Source: Dehalococcoidia bacterium
GTDB taxonomy: Bacteria > Chloroflexota > Dehalococcoidia > DSTF01 > CAZFGZ01
DNA length: 64,000 nucleotides
Assembly (NCBI GenBank): GCA_049678585.1
Contig: JBAUEL010000110.1
Location: 11,221 to 75,220, forward strand
Direction of reading: 5' to 3'
The notes below the pieces were generated by a model that saw only the letters and a program-made list of their open reading frames with translations, was not told the DNA's origin and did not search any database. The position numbers and the translations under genes are program-made. Below, piece after piece: positions 47,673-58,160 of this stretch; the stretch's first letter is position 1; every line of letters starts with the position of its first letter.

Positions 47673-48428
47673 TCATAGTGACTTGACAGCCTCCACATAC
47701 AATGTCTCGTTTGCCCGGCTCGCTGAATCCGGGCACGGTTGTAGGCACGATTGACCAAAACTCATCTGCTGCGTCGCCAGCCCAAAGGCTTCGAGCACCT
47801 TGCTGAGCGTCTCCGCGTCCCAGACCGACAGGTGTCCGTAGCAGTAGACCACCTCGGAAAGAGCAATCAAGCGCGAGAACCTGCCAGGGCGCACCGCCTC
47901 GATGAAGTCCGTACCATGCACGTAGGAATTCAGATAGCGCCCGAAATCCGGCACGGTCACCCGCAATATGCCTCCTGGTCGCAGGACACGCGCGCATTCG
48001 GAAAGCACCTGGATTGCATCGTGGTATGTCAGGTGCTCTATGAGGTGCTCGTGGAAAACCGCGTCGATCGAGCCGTCCGGGAAGGGCAGCCGCTTTCGCA
48101 GGTCTAGTGCCAGATCGATTGGCTGGCGCCCGACGAGGTCCACATTCAGCCAGCCGGGCAGCATCGTGCGGCCGCAACCCAGGTGCAGCCGGTGTTCTTG
48201 CCCGTTTGCCATCCAGCGTTGACTCTTCCACACCATCAGAGGCCGGACTGCCGCTGTTGCCAGCGTCCTCAGACGCCATCTCAATGACGACCCAGCCCGA
48301 GAGTCCGCCAACCAAATCGTCTCGCTGAGTTGCTTCACCGAGCCTTGTTCGCACGGCCGGCATGCTGCGCTCCTTGCTTCGTCAACAGCAAGGGCCACGT
48401 CACGCTGCTGATACGGGCGTCGGCTCAC
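47673..48428 (-). CDS. SAM-dependent methyltransferase (type 11-like)
   Basis: HRLHLGCGRTMLPGWLNVDL ... DAVFHEHLIEHL. The real start is probably MANGQEHRLHLGCG near 48212. The N-terminal extension in the ORF track is unsupported. Confidence 0.6.
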   Translation of the reverse strand: MSRRPYQQRDVALAVDEARSAACRPCEQGSVKQLSETIWLADSRAGSSLRWRLRTLATAAVRPLMVWKSQRWMANGQEHRLHLGCGRTMLPGWLNVDLVGRQPIDLALDLRKRLPFPDGSIDAVFHEHLIEHLTYHDAIQVLSECARVLRPGGILRVTVPDFGRYLNSYVHGTDFIEAVRPGRFSRLIALSEVVYCYGHLSVWDAETLSKVLEAFGLATQQMSFGQSCLQPCPDSASRANETLYVEAVKSL

Positions 48429-48520
48429 TGCTGTGCCTCCCTGAGTGCACTCCTCAAAGGAATAGCCTCCCTACATCGGCCTCTGAGTCGAGGCCCGCTA
48501 GCACCAGCCCTTCCACCAGG

Positions 48521-50528
<2,008 letters not shown>

Positions 50529-50652
50529 GTCTTCACCTCGACTGGGTTCTCTGTACCCGCACTCCCGCCGCCGACAGCAAGCACCGCACACAGCGACTGC
50601 TCGTAGCCGTCCATCCCGACCTCCCTCGAGTGCGCCGCGGCCTCCCAGCCAT

Positions 50653-51933
50653 CTACTGCGAAACCAGGGAAGTCCGCCGCTCCCACGCCCGCAGGTTCCG
50701 CCGCGATGCCGGGTCGAACCGTTCGAAAAACGCACCGTACCGCGGTAGCACCGCGTGACGAGAAAAGTGCTCCTCGACGAAGCGCCGCCCCTCTGAGCCG
50801 AGGTGGGCGGCCAGAGAACGATCCCTACTCAGGGGAAGGATCGCCTGGGCCAATGCCTCGGGGTCCTCAGGTGGGGCCACCACGCCGCCGTTCGACCGCC
50901 GCAGGACCCGGGCGGTCTCGCTGTGTGGGTGGACGGATGCGACCACCGGCCGGCCAGCGGCCATGTAGGATAGGAGCTTGGTCGGCATGACGGCGTCGAC
51001 GATGCCAGCGCGCTGGCAGACTATGCATACGTCCGCCGCTCGCAGCGCCGCCTGGTAGACAGCGAGTGGCTGCGGCGGCAGGAACACGATGTTCTCGAGA
51101 CGGTTACGCTCCGCTTCCGCTCTTACTTCCTGGAACCGTGCCCCATGTCCAATAATGGCGAACGCGATTCGCCTTTCACCCTGCAAGACACTGGCAGCGC
51201 CAACCAGGCTTTCCAGCCCTTGCTTGTACCCGATGTTCCCGGCATGGAGGATCAGGGCAGTGTCCGCAGCTAGTCCAAGGCCCGCTCGGAAGCGATCGCA
51301 CTGCTGTTGCTCTACCTGGAATGTCGTGTCTACCCAGTTGGGGAGTAGCTGGACCTGGGGGGAGTGCCAGCCTCGGCGGTGCAGGTCGTCAGCGAATCCC
51401 TGGCAGATGACGGTTATCGCGTCGGAGCGCTGGTACACATACCGCTCCAGGCTCCGCAATCCGCGGATCAGAGCTGGATTGCGGATCAAATTGACAGCTA
51501 TCGCCGTCTGTGGAATGAGGTCCTGGATGTGCGTGACGAGCGGAGCCGAATACCTCCTGGAAAGCAGGTATCCCGTGAGTCCCAGCGTCAGCGGGGGGGA
51601 CACCGTGAAGACAACATCGGTGTTGGCTGCGCCGACTCCTCTCAAGGCGGAGGTGAGCGTGAATGAGAGGTCGCTCAGCGCGCGCCGAGGAGCGTTGGGA
51701 TGCCTGGGAACGAATATGAATGATCTTCTGACCTTCACACCACCACGGCTTTCGTCCAGGAAGAGCTTCCCCCGGTAGCCAGGCTCAATCTTCCAGGCAG
51801 GATAGTGCGGAAATGAGGTGAGGACTGTGACGTCGTTGCCCGTGGCAACCAGGTATTCACAGAGGTCAGTCGTCAAGGGCCCGATGCCGGTCAGCTCGGG
51901 CCAATAGTTTTGACCTATTACCAGGATTCGCAC
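50653..51933 (-). CDS. Glycosyltransferase family 1 (WcaI/WbuB-like)
   Basis: [28 protein letters not shown] is the typical WcaI-like N-terminus. C-terminal GT1 domain. RBS AAGGAGCG precedes the ATG. Confidence 0.8.
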   Translation of the reverse strand: MRILVIGQNYWPELTGIGPLTTDLCEYLVATGNDVTVLTSFPHYPAWKIEPGYRGKLFLDESRGGVKVRRSFIFVPRHPNAPRRALSDLSFTLTSALRGVGAANTDVVFTVSPPLTLGLTGYLLSRRYSAPLVTHIQDLIPQTAIAVNLIRNPALIRGLRSLERYVYQRSDAITVICQGFADDLHRRGWHSPQVQLLPNWVDTTFQVEQQQCDRFRAGLGLAADTALILHAGNIGYKQGLESLVGAASVLQGERRIAFAIIGHGARFQEVRAEAERNRLENIVFLPPQPLAVYQAALRAADVCIVCQRAGIVDAVMPTKLLSYMAAGRPVVASVHPHSETARVLRRSNGGVVAPPEDPEALAQAILPLSRDRSLAAHLGSEGRRFVEEHFSRHAVLPRYGAFFERFDPASRRNLRAWERRTSLVSQ

Positions 51934-52358
51934 GGGCGCTCCTTATGCCCCTGGGGTGATGGCAATCTCACGCTCAGCACTTTCTCAGGATTCGGCCCGG
52001 AGAAGCCCTCGGGCACGGACCCATCCCACACCAGGGGATAGCGACTGTCTGCATCTTGCTCGGCCGGGAGCCGTGGCCTGAGTGGAGAACGGCCCTAGAA
52101 TCACACACTATGTTCTTCCCAGGGCGGGCAGCCGATCAATCGGCATCTGCCCCTAGGGTGCCGCCCTCGACCCGCCCGTGCAGAGCACTCCCGTGGGCCC
52201 GCAAGGTCTCCTAGGGGGGTCCCGAGGCCCCGCATGGGCTGGCCGAGCGCCCGACCAGAGGGTTCCCCTGATTGACTGCACGGACCCTCCCCTCTGCAAG
52301 ATATTGGCAGGACGCAGCGGGCAGCCAGCCGCGTTGATGGGCCGCAGCGCTACGCTCG

Positions 52359-53036
52359 GTGATGAAGCAACTTGAAGCCGCCTCCGATCTCACCACCCGC
52401 GCGGACACGGCAGGCGTCGTGGCGAAGAGGGTGGTGGATGTCGTGGTTGCGGTGGTGGTACTGGCGGGCCTTTCTCCCCTCTGGCTGCTCATCGCCATCC
52501 TGATCAAGCTCACCTCGCCTGGCCCTGCCCTCTACTCAAGGCAGGTTGTGGGGAAGGGAGGCATCCCTTTCACCTATTACAAGTTCCGGACGATGCGAGC
52601 CGGCTCGGGTGAGCCCAACCACCGGCGATTCATCGAGCAGTACGTCCGGGGAGAGGCGCGGCGTCTGAACGGCTCGGACCAGGGTCAGGGCCACTTCAAG
52701 GCACCGGGGGAGGACCATCTCACCCCTGTAGGAAGGATCTTGCGGCGGGTCAGCCTGGACGAGATTCCCCAGTTCATCAACGTGCTCCGCGGCGAGATGA
52801 GCGTGGTGGGGCCACGGCCTCCCGTCCCATACGAATACGAGCTTTACGATGACTGGGCAAAGCAGCGATTGGCGGTGCGCCCGGGCATTACCGGCCTCGC
52901 CCAGGTGCGGCGGCGGAGCGCCGCCACCTTTCAAGAGATGGTCCAGATGGACCTGGAATACACCCATACCTGGTCCCTCTGGCTGGACCTGAAGCTCATG
53001 TTCCTCACGCTGCCCGCGATGCTCCGGGGCATATGA
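52359..53036 (+). CDS. Small monotopic phosphoglycosyl transferase (bacterial sugar transferase, PglC/WbaP-C-terminal type) that initiates the polyprenyl-PP-linked pathway
   Basis: One N-terminal hydrophobic helix, then LYSRQVVGKGGIPFTYYKFRTM ... DEIPQFINVLRGEMSVVGPRP ... PGITGLAQV, which matches the PGT catalytic core. 225 aa. Confidence 0.85.
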   Translation: MMKQLEAASDLTTRADTAGVVAKRVVDVVVAVVVLAGLSPLWLLIAILIKLTSPGPALYSRQVVGKGGIPFTYYKFRTMRAGSGEPNHRRFIEQYVRGEARRLNGSDQGQGHFKAPGEDHLTPVGRILRRVSLDEIPQFINVLRGEMSVVGPRPPVPYEYELYDDWAKQRLAVRPGITGLAQVRRRSAATFQEMVQMDLEYTHTWSLWLDLKLMFLTLPAMLRGI

Positions 53037-53053
53037 TCGCTGGGAGAGATGCA

Positions 53054-54166
53054 ATGAAACGAGTTCTGGTCACAGGAGGGGCAGGGTTCATCGGCTCCCA
53101 CGTGGTGGACCTACTGCTCCAGTCGGGCTATGCGGTCCGGGTGCTGGACAGCCTGGAGCCGCCCGTCCACCATCCCGCCTATCCGTACCGGCCGCCTGAG
53201 GGTGTTGAGTTCATCCAGGCCAGCGTCCTAGATGCGGCGGCACTGGACCGGGCCCTGGAGGGGACACAGTTGGTGATGCACCTCGCCGCCTACCAGGACT
53301 ATCTGCGCGACTTCAGCAAGTTCGCTATGGTCAACGGGGGCGGCACGGCCCTCCTGTATGAACGGATCGTGGCCAACCGCTATCCTGTCGAGAAGGTGGT
53401 GCTGGCCAGTTCGCAGGCCGTCTATGGCGAGGGGAAGTACACGTGCCCGACGCACGGGGTGGTCTATCCACCGCCACGCTCGGTGGAGCAGATGCGAGAG
53501 GGGCGGTGGGATATCCGCTGCGAGGCCTGCGGCGGGGAGATGGCCTCCCTCCCCACGGATGAATCGACGGTCAACCCGCACAACCAGTACGCCATCTCCA
53601 AGTACAGCCAGGAGCTATACGCCCTAATCCTGGGCCGCCGCTTCGGCATCCCCACAGTCGCCCTCCGCTACTCCATCACTCAGGGCCCCCGGCAGAGCCC
53701 CAACAACGCCTACTCCGGCATCCTGAGGCGCTTCACCGCTCGGCTCCTTCACGGCCTGCCGCCGGTCATCTATGAGGACGGGCAGCAGATCCGAGACTAC
53801 GTGCACGTGCGGGATGCGACGAGGGCCACCCTGCTGGTCATGGAGCGCCCGGCGGCCGACTTCCGCACCTTCAATGTGGGAGGCCGGGAGACAGCCACGC
53901 CGCTCCAGTACGCCAGGCTTCTCGGCGAGGTCCTGGGCAAGGCTGTGGAGCCAGAGATGCCCGGCTACTTCCGCATGGGCGACACCAGGCATGTAGCGTC
54001 GGACAGCGGTAGGCTGGCCTCGCTGGGCTGGCGGCCTCAGGTCCGCTTGCGCGAGATAGCCGAGGATTACCTGGCCTGGGCGATGGAAGAGCGCGAGCGC
54101 TTCCCGGCACCCTCCGCCGACGCCGAGATGCTCGCCATGGGCGTGGTGCGAACCGCGGCGGCCTAG
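53054..54166 (+). CDS. NAD-dependent epimerase/dehydratase (extended SDR, GalE-like) with a Cys/His-rich insertion
   Basis: MKRVLVTGGAGFIGSHVVD ... YAISK (YxxxK). A roughly 45-aa insertion carries C-x2-H ... C-x2-C (YTCPTHG ... IRCEACGG). The start is taken at ATG 53054 with RBS GGGAGAG. Confidence 0.8.
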   Translation: MKRVLVTGGAGFIGSHVVDLLLQSGYAVRVLDSLEPPVHHPAYPYRPPEGVEFIQASVLDAAALDRALEGTQLVMHLAAYQDYLRDFSKFAMVNGGGTALLYERIVANRYPVEKVVLASSQAVYGEGKYTCPTHGVVYPPPRSVEQMREGRWDIRCEACGGEMASLPTDESTVNPHNQYAISKYSQELYALILGRRFGIPTVALRYSITQGPRQSPNNAYSGILRRFTARLLHGLPPVIYEDGQQIRDYVHVRDATRATLLVMERPAADFRTFNVGGRETATPLQYARLLGEVLGKAVEPEMPGYFRMGDTRHVASDSGRLASLGWRPQVRLREIAEDYLAWAMEERERFPAPSADAEMLAMGVVRTAAA

Positions 54167-54272
54167 CCCGTAGGCCCAGCCAGCGACGAATGGACGAGTA
54201 CAAGGCCTTTCGCCTGGACTCCCTCGCTGGTATGCTGGTGGCGCTCGCGCCCCGGGTGCGCGCCGGGGCTTC

Positions 54273-54671
54273 ATGGAGGCTGAGTTGGCAAAGCCCAGGG
54301 AGAAGTTTCCGGAGGAGGAGCCCGAGGAGGGCTCGTGGGAGCGCCTGGAGGGCGAGGAACCGGATAGCGCCACCCGCCAGGTGCTGAATCTAGCCCATCG
54401 GGCGATGGGCAAGTTCCCGGAGCTGCCGCAGCGCTACCGACGTTTCGCCGGCCCCGCAGCGGTGGTGTCCACGGCGCTGACGGTGCTGGCGGGCATCGCA
54501 GTAGCCCGCCGGCTGCGGCAGGGCCAGCCACCGGAGCGCATCCTGGAGGAGCTGACTCAGGAGGAGATCGAGAACGCCGCCAGCAAGGCGCAGCGGGCCA
54601 ATCGCTTGCGGCGCATGATCTGGCGCATCGCCCGCCGGCAGCCGCAGCAGCCGGAGGGCGAATCCTCGTGA
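54273..54671 (+). CDS. Hypothetical protein with an acidic N-terminus, one TM segment and a basic C-terminal tail
   Basis: ORF only. The stop overlaps the start of the downstream holin-like gene by 4 nt. No family recognised. Confidence 0.3.
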   Translation: MEAELAKPREKFPEEEPEEGSWERLEGEEPDSATRQVLNLAHRAMGKFPELPQRYRRFAGPAAVVSTALTVLAGIAVARRLRQGQPPERILEELTQEEIENAASKAQRANRLRRMIWRIARRQPQQPEGESS

Positions 54672-55102
54672 GGCGCCGGGTCTATGTGTGGCGGTGGCAG
54701 GAACCGGGGAACGCCGGTGAGGACCGGCTGGTGGGGCTGCTGGTCCGGTTCGGCATCAACGCTGCGGCCCTGCTTCTGGCGGCTGAGTGGGTGCAGGGGG
54801 TAGAGGTCGGGGGCTGGCAGTCACTCCTCATCGCCGCCGCCCTCTTCGGTATCATCAACGCGCTCATTCGTCCCGTCGTGCTCGCTCTGAGCTGTCCCTT
54901 GCTGGTGCTGACGCTGGGGCTATTCACCCTGCTGGTGAACACGGCCATGCTGGCCCTCACTGTCTGGGTGTCCGGCCGCCTGAACCTCGAGTTCGAGGTG
55001 GACGGCTTTCGGGCAGCCTTCCTGGGCGCCCTGCTTATCAGCGCCGTCAGCGTGGTGCTCAGCGCGACGGTGGGTCGGAAGGTGCGGGAGGTCCTCAGGT
55101 AA
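54668..55102 (+). CDS. Phage-holin-4_2-like small membrane protein (4 TM)
   Basis: LVRFGINAAALLLAAEWVQGVEV ... LFGIINALIRPVVLALSCPLLVLTLGLFTLLVNTAMLALTVWV matches the conserved pattern of this family. Confidence 0.55.
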   Translation: MRRRVYVWRWQEPGNAGEDRLVGLLVRFGINAAALLLAAEWVQGVEVGGWQSLLIAAALFGIINALIRPVVLALSCPLLVLTLGLFTLLVNTAMLALTVWVSGRLNLEFEVDGFRAAFLGALLISAVSVVLSATVGRKVREVLR

Positions 55103-55346
55103 CCTTGTAGACGTCGTCCCCGCCCCGACAGCGGTCCGGGACCTTGATGCCTACGGAGTCGCCCGCCTTGGCCTCCTGCACGTCCTCGTGCTCGATCTGC
55201 ATGGACCCCACCACCTGCTCCAAGTCGGTGGTGTGTCCCTTGATGTGGATGGTGTCACCCACCTTGAGGGGAGCCACCAGGTCGATGCCGATGACCCCGA
55301 TGCGGGCGAAGTAGTCCTTTACCTTCCCGACCAGCTCCTCGGCCAT
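55095..55346 (-). CDS. Small EF-Tu-domain-2-like beta-barrel protein (translation elongation factor-like protein)
   Basis: 83 aa with the G-rich beta-barrel pattern IGVIGIDLVAPLKVGDTIHIKG ... KAGDSVGIKV. The assignment is tentative. Confidence 0.3.
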   Translation of the reverse strand: MAEELVGKVKDYFARIGVIGIDLVAPLKVGDTIHIKGHTTDLEQVVGSMQIEHEDVQEAKAGDSVGIKVPDRCRGGDDVYKVT

Positions 55347-55467
55347 AGCGTTGCCCTCCTTGTGCCAGCAGGGGCATGATTTGCGGTCATTCTACCGCTT
55401 CTGAGCGATCCTTGGAAGTAGCAGTCGCTGGGGCCTGTGGGGCGAGCCCGAAAGCGGCGGGCGGACG

Positions 55468-55496
55468 TTGACAGCAGCCATCGGAGGCCCTAAAAT
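55468..55496 (+). promoter_or_regulatory. Sigma70-like promoter (TTGACA-17-TAAAAT) upstream of the HTH regulator and tetrapyrrole operon
   Basis: An exact consensus -35 at 55468-55473 and a near-consensus -10 TAAAAT at 55491-55496 with a 17-nt spacer, in a locally AT-richer stretch. It is followed by the direct repeats TTGCCAGGATT (55517-55527) and TTGCCTAGATT (55536-55546). Confidence 0.4.
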
Positions 55497-55535
55497 TCTC
55501 AGTACAGTAGGCTTATTTGCCAGGATTAGCTAGTT

Positions 55536-56210
55536 TTGCCTAGATTTTCTCGGACCGGTTCTCCTCCCGTCCAGGCTCACGGCTCCTCTGAAGAGGAGCG
55601 CTGGCTGAGCCTGCGGGAGGCCTGTCGCCTGCTGGGGGTGGACGAGTCCACCCTCCGCCGCTGGGCCGACGGCGGTCACCTGCGCACCTTCCGCACCCCC
55701 GGCGGCCACCGGCGTTTCGCAGAATCGGACCTCCGGGACTTCCTGGCGCGGCGGGGCGGAGAGCATCAGGGCCATAAGGATGCCGGGGAGCTGGCGGCGG
55801 CACGCATTCGCCGGCACCTTCAGCGGGGCCGGGAGCACCAGGCAAGCTGGTACGCCAGCCTGGACGAGGAAAGCCGGAGACGGCTGCGACCGTTAGGGCG
55901 GCACCTGACCTCACTGGCGTCGGCATACCTGACCCAGAGGCGGCGTCGGTCGGCGCTGCTGGAGGAGGCCCGCGACACGGGGCGAGTGTACGGGCGGGAG
56001 CTTGCGGCCTCAGGGCTGCGCCTGTCCCAGACGGTGGAGGCGTTTGCCTTCTTCCGGCGGAGCCTGGCGCAGGCGGCCCGCGATGCCAGCCAGTCGAGCG
56101 GACCGTCGCTGGAGGCGGCCCTGGAGGCCTCCGAGCAGGTCACGGGACTGGCCGACGAGGTGCTGGCGGGCATCGCTGAGGCCTACGAGTCCCCGGCCGG
56201 ACAAAACTAG
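55536..56210 (+). CDS. Excisionase/MerR-like helix-turn-helix DNA-binding protein, a putative regulator. The start is uncertain (TTG 55536, or CTG 55605 preceded by GAGGAG).
   Basis: LSLREACRLLGVDESTLRRWADGGHLRTFRTPGGHRRF is a typical N-terminal HTH_17-type domain. It is followed by a roughly 150-aa Arg/Ala-rich helical domain. The stop lies 12 nt before the radical SAM gene. Confidence 0.55.
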   Translation: MPRFSRTGSPPVQAHGSSEEERWLSLREACRLLGVDESTLRRWADGGHLRTFRTPGGHRRFAESDLRDFLARRGGEHQGHKDAGELAAARIRRHLQRGREHQASWYASLDEESRRRLRPLGRHLTSLASAYLTQRRRRSALLEEARDTGRVYGRELAASGLRLSQTVEAFAFFRRSLAQAARDASQSSGPSLEAALEASEQVTGLADEVLAGIAEAYESPAGQN

Positions 56211-56222
56211 GACGGGGCAGAG

Positions 56223-57500
56223 ATGCTAGGGGTCACCAGACTGTTGTGCGGAACGGCCACACCGGGCGACGCCCTGCGCTTCGGAAGGGAGACGGGGCGG
56301 CTGCCTCCGCACCTCTTGCACTACTCCGAGGACAAGAGGCCGGTGGTGGTGTGGAACCTCACCCGCCGCTGCAACCTGCACTGCGCTCACTGCTACAGCG
56401 ACTCCCGGGACCGGGACTACGAGGGCGAGCTGAGCACCGCGGAGGCCAGGGGGGTCATCGATGACCTGGCGGCGTTCGGGGCGCCGGTGATCCTGTTCTC
56501 GGGCGGCGAGCCCCTCCTGCGGCCGGACCTGTTCGAGCTCATCCGCTACGCCCAGGAGCACGGCATCCGGGCGGTCCTCTCGACCAACGGCACCCTCATC
56601 ACCGGGGAGCTGGCCCGGGAGATGCAGGGCCTGGGCCTGTCCTACGTGGGGGTGAGCCTGGACGGGCCGGAGAAGGTCCATGACAAGTTCCGCGGCAAGA
56701 TAGGCGCCTTTCAGGAGAGCCTCCGGGGGATCCGTCACTGCCTGGAGGCGGGCCTGCGGGTGGGCCTGCGCATCACCCTCACTCAGTACAACGCCGGGCA
56801 CGTCGACTACTTCTTCGACCTCGTCGAGGAGGAAGGCATCCCCCGCATGTGCTTCTATCACCTGGCCTACGCGGGCCGGGGAGACCGCATCGTGAAGAGC
56901 GATCTCTCGCACGAGGAGACCCGGCGGGCCGTTGACCGCATCTTCGACCGAACTATCGACCTGCACCGCCGCGGCCTGACCAAGGACATCCTGACGGTGG
57001 ACAACCACACCGACGGCGTCTACCTGCACCTGAAGGTCCGGCAGGAGGAGCCCGAGCGGGCCGGGGAAGTCTACCAGCTCCTGCGCTGGAACGGGGGGAA
57101 CCAGTCGGGGGTGGCGGTAGCGGACATCGACAATCTGGGGAACGTGCACGCGGACCAGTTCTCCTGGCATTACAGTTTCGGGAACGTGCGGCAGCGTCCC
57201 TTCAGCCAGATCTGGATGGACACCTCGGACCCGGTGATGCGGGTGCTGAAGGACCGGCGGGGGCACATCAAGGGGAAGTGCTCGCGCTGCTCCTACTTCG
57301 AGATCTGCAACGGCAATCTCAGGGTGCGCGCCGAGTCCTACTACGGCGACCCCTGGGCGGAGGACCCGGCCTGCTACCTGACCGACGAAGAGCTGGGCAT
57401 CACGGAGCCCTACGAGCGGCTGAGGCCCGCGCACGGGCGGACGGACCCCTTCGCCCCTGCGGCAGCCGCTGGCGGCGACATCCCGAAAACGGTGGAGTAG
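56223..57500 (+). CDS. Radical SAM protein with a C-terminal SPASM/twitch Cys cluster, NirJ/AhbC/AhbD-like (tetrapyrrole-modifying family)
   Basis: WNLTRRCNLHCAHCYSD (CxxxCxxC), then GGEPLLRPD, and a C-terminal GKCSRCSYFEICNG auxiliary cluster. Its context is immediately upstream of sirC-hemA-hemC-cobA/hemD. Confidence 0.75.
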   Translation: MLGVTRLLCGTATPGDALRFGRETGRLPPHLLHYSEDKRPVVVWNLTRRCNLHCAHCYSDSRDRDYEGELSTAEARGVIDDLAAFGAPVILFSGGEPLLRPDLFELIRYAQEHGIRAVLSTNGTLITGELAREMQGLGLSYVGVSLDGPEKVHDKFRGKIGAFQESLRGIRHCLEAGLRVGLRITLTQYNAGHVDYFFDLVEEEGIPRMCFYHLAYAGRGDRIVKSDLSHEETRRAVDRIFDRTIDLHRRGLTKDILTVDNHTDGVYLHLKVRQEEPERAGEVYQLLRWNGGNQSGVAVADIDNLGNVHADQFSWHYSFGNVRQRPFSQIWMDTSDPVMRVLKDRRGHIKGKCSRCSYFEICNGNLRVRAESYYGDPWAEDPACYLTDEELGITEPYERLRPAHGRTDPFAPAAAAGGDIPKTVE

Positions 57501-57508
57501 GAGCAGCG

Positions 57509-58156
57509 GTGGCCTACTATCCCATCTTCCTGGAGCTTGCGGGGCGCCCCTGTCTGGTCATCGGCGGTGGCGAGGTAGCCCAGCGCAAGGCCGAGGGCCT
57601 GCTTCAGGCGGGGGCCTGGGTTCGCGTGATCAGCCCGACCCTGACGCCTGCCCTGGAGGCGCTGAAGGCGGAGGGGCGTCTCGACCACGTGGCCCGGGAG
57701 TACCGGGAGGGGGACCTGGAGGGCTGCGAGCTGTGCCTGGTGGCCACCGACGACAGATCGGTCAACGCCCGGGTGGCTCGGGAGGGCCGGCGCCGCCGGG
57801 TATGGGTCAACATCTCCGATGACCCCCGGAGCTGCGACTTCATCCTGCCTTCGGTCGTTCGGAAGGGCGAGGTAGTGGTGGCGGCATCCACCGGCGGGGC
57901 CAGCCCGGCCCTGGCGCGCCGCCTGCGGGAGGAGCTGGAGGCCTATCTATCGGAGGAGATCCCCGCCCTGGCGGAGCTCCTGCGAGAGGTACGGCAGGAG
58001 TTGCGCAAGGGGGGCATCTCGGTAGAGGCGGATGCCTGGCAACGGGCCATCGATGGGCGGCTGAGGGCGTTGCTGGCACAGGGGCGCTATGGCGAGGCCA
58101 GGACGCGCCTGCTGGCGTCGCTGGGGGTAAAGCCGGCCACCCGGAACGAGGTATAG
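57509..58156 (+). CDS. Precorrin-2 dehydrogenase / sirohydrochlorin ferrochelatase domain protein (siroheme synthase N-domain, SirC/Met8-like)
   Basis: YPIFLELAGRPCLVIGGGEVAQRKAEGLLQAGAWVRVISP is the characteristic N-terminal Rossmann domain of CysG-N/SirC. GTG start at 57509 with GGAG upstream. The ORF track extends to 57278 inside the previous gene. Confidence 0.75.
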   Translation: MAYYPIFLELAGRPCLVIGGGEVAQRKAEGLLQAGAWVRVISPTLTPALEALKAEGRLDHVAREYREGDLEGCELCLVATDDRSVNARVAREGRRRRVWVNISDDPRSCDFILPSVVRKGEVVVAASTGGASPALARRLREELEAYLSEEIPALAELLREVRQELRKGGISVEADAWQRAIDGRLRALLAQGRYGEARTRLLASLGVKPATRNEV

Positions 58157-58160
58157 GGCT

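Noticed and set aside
56223-57500. Radical SAM/SPASM as a RiPP maturase (sactipeptide, ranthipeptide or mycofactocin-like)
   Set aside because: There is no plausible small precursor-peptide ORF and no RiPP recognition-partner or transporter genes nearby. The upstream ORF is an HTH protein, and the genomic context (sirC, hemA, hemC, cobA/hemD) points to tetrapyrrole chemistry.
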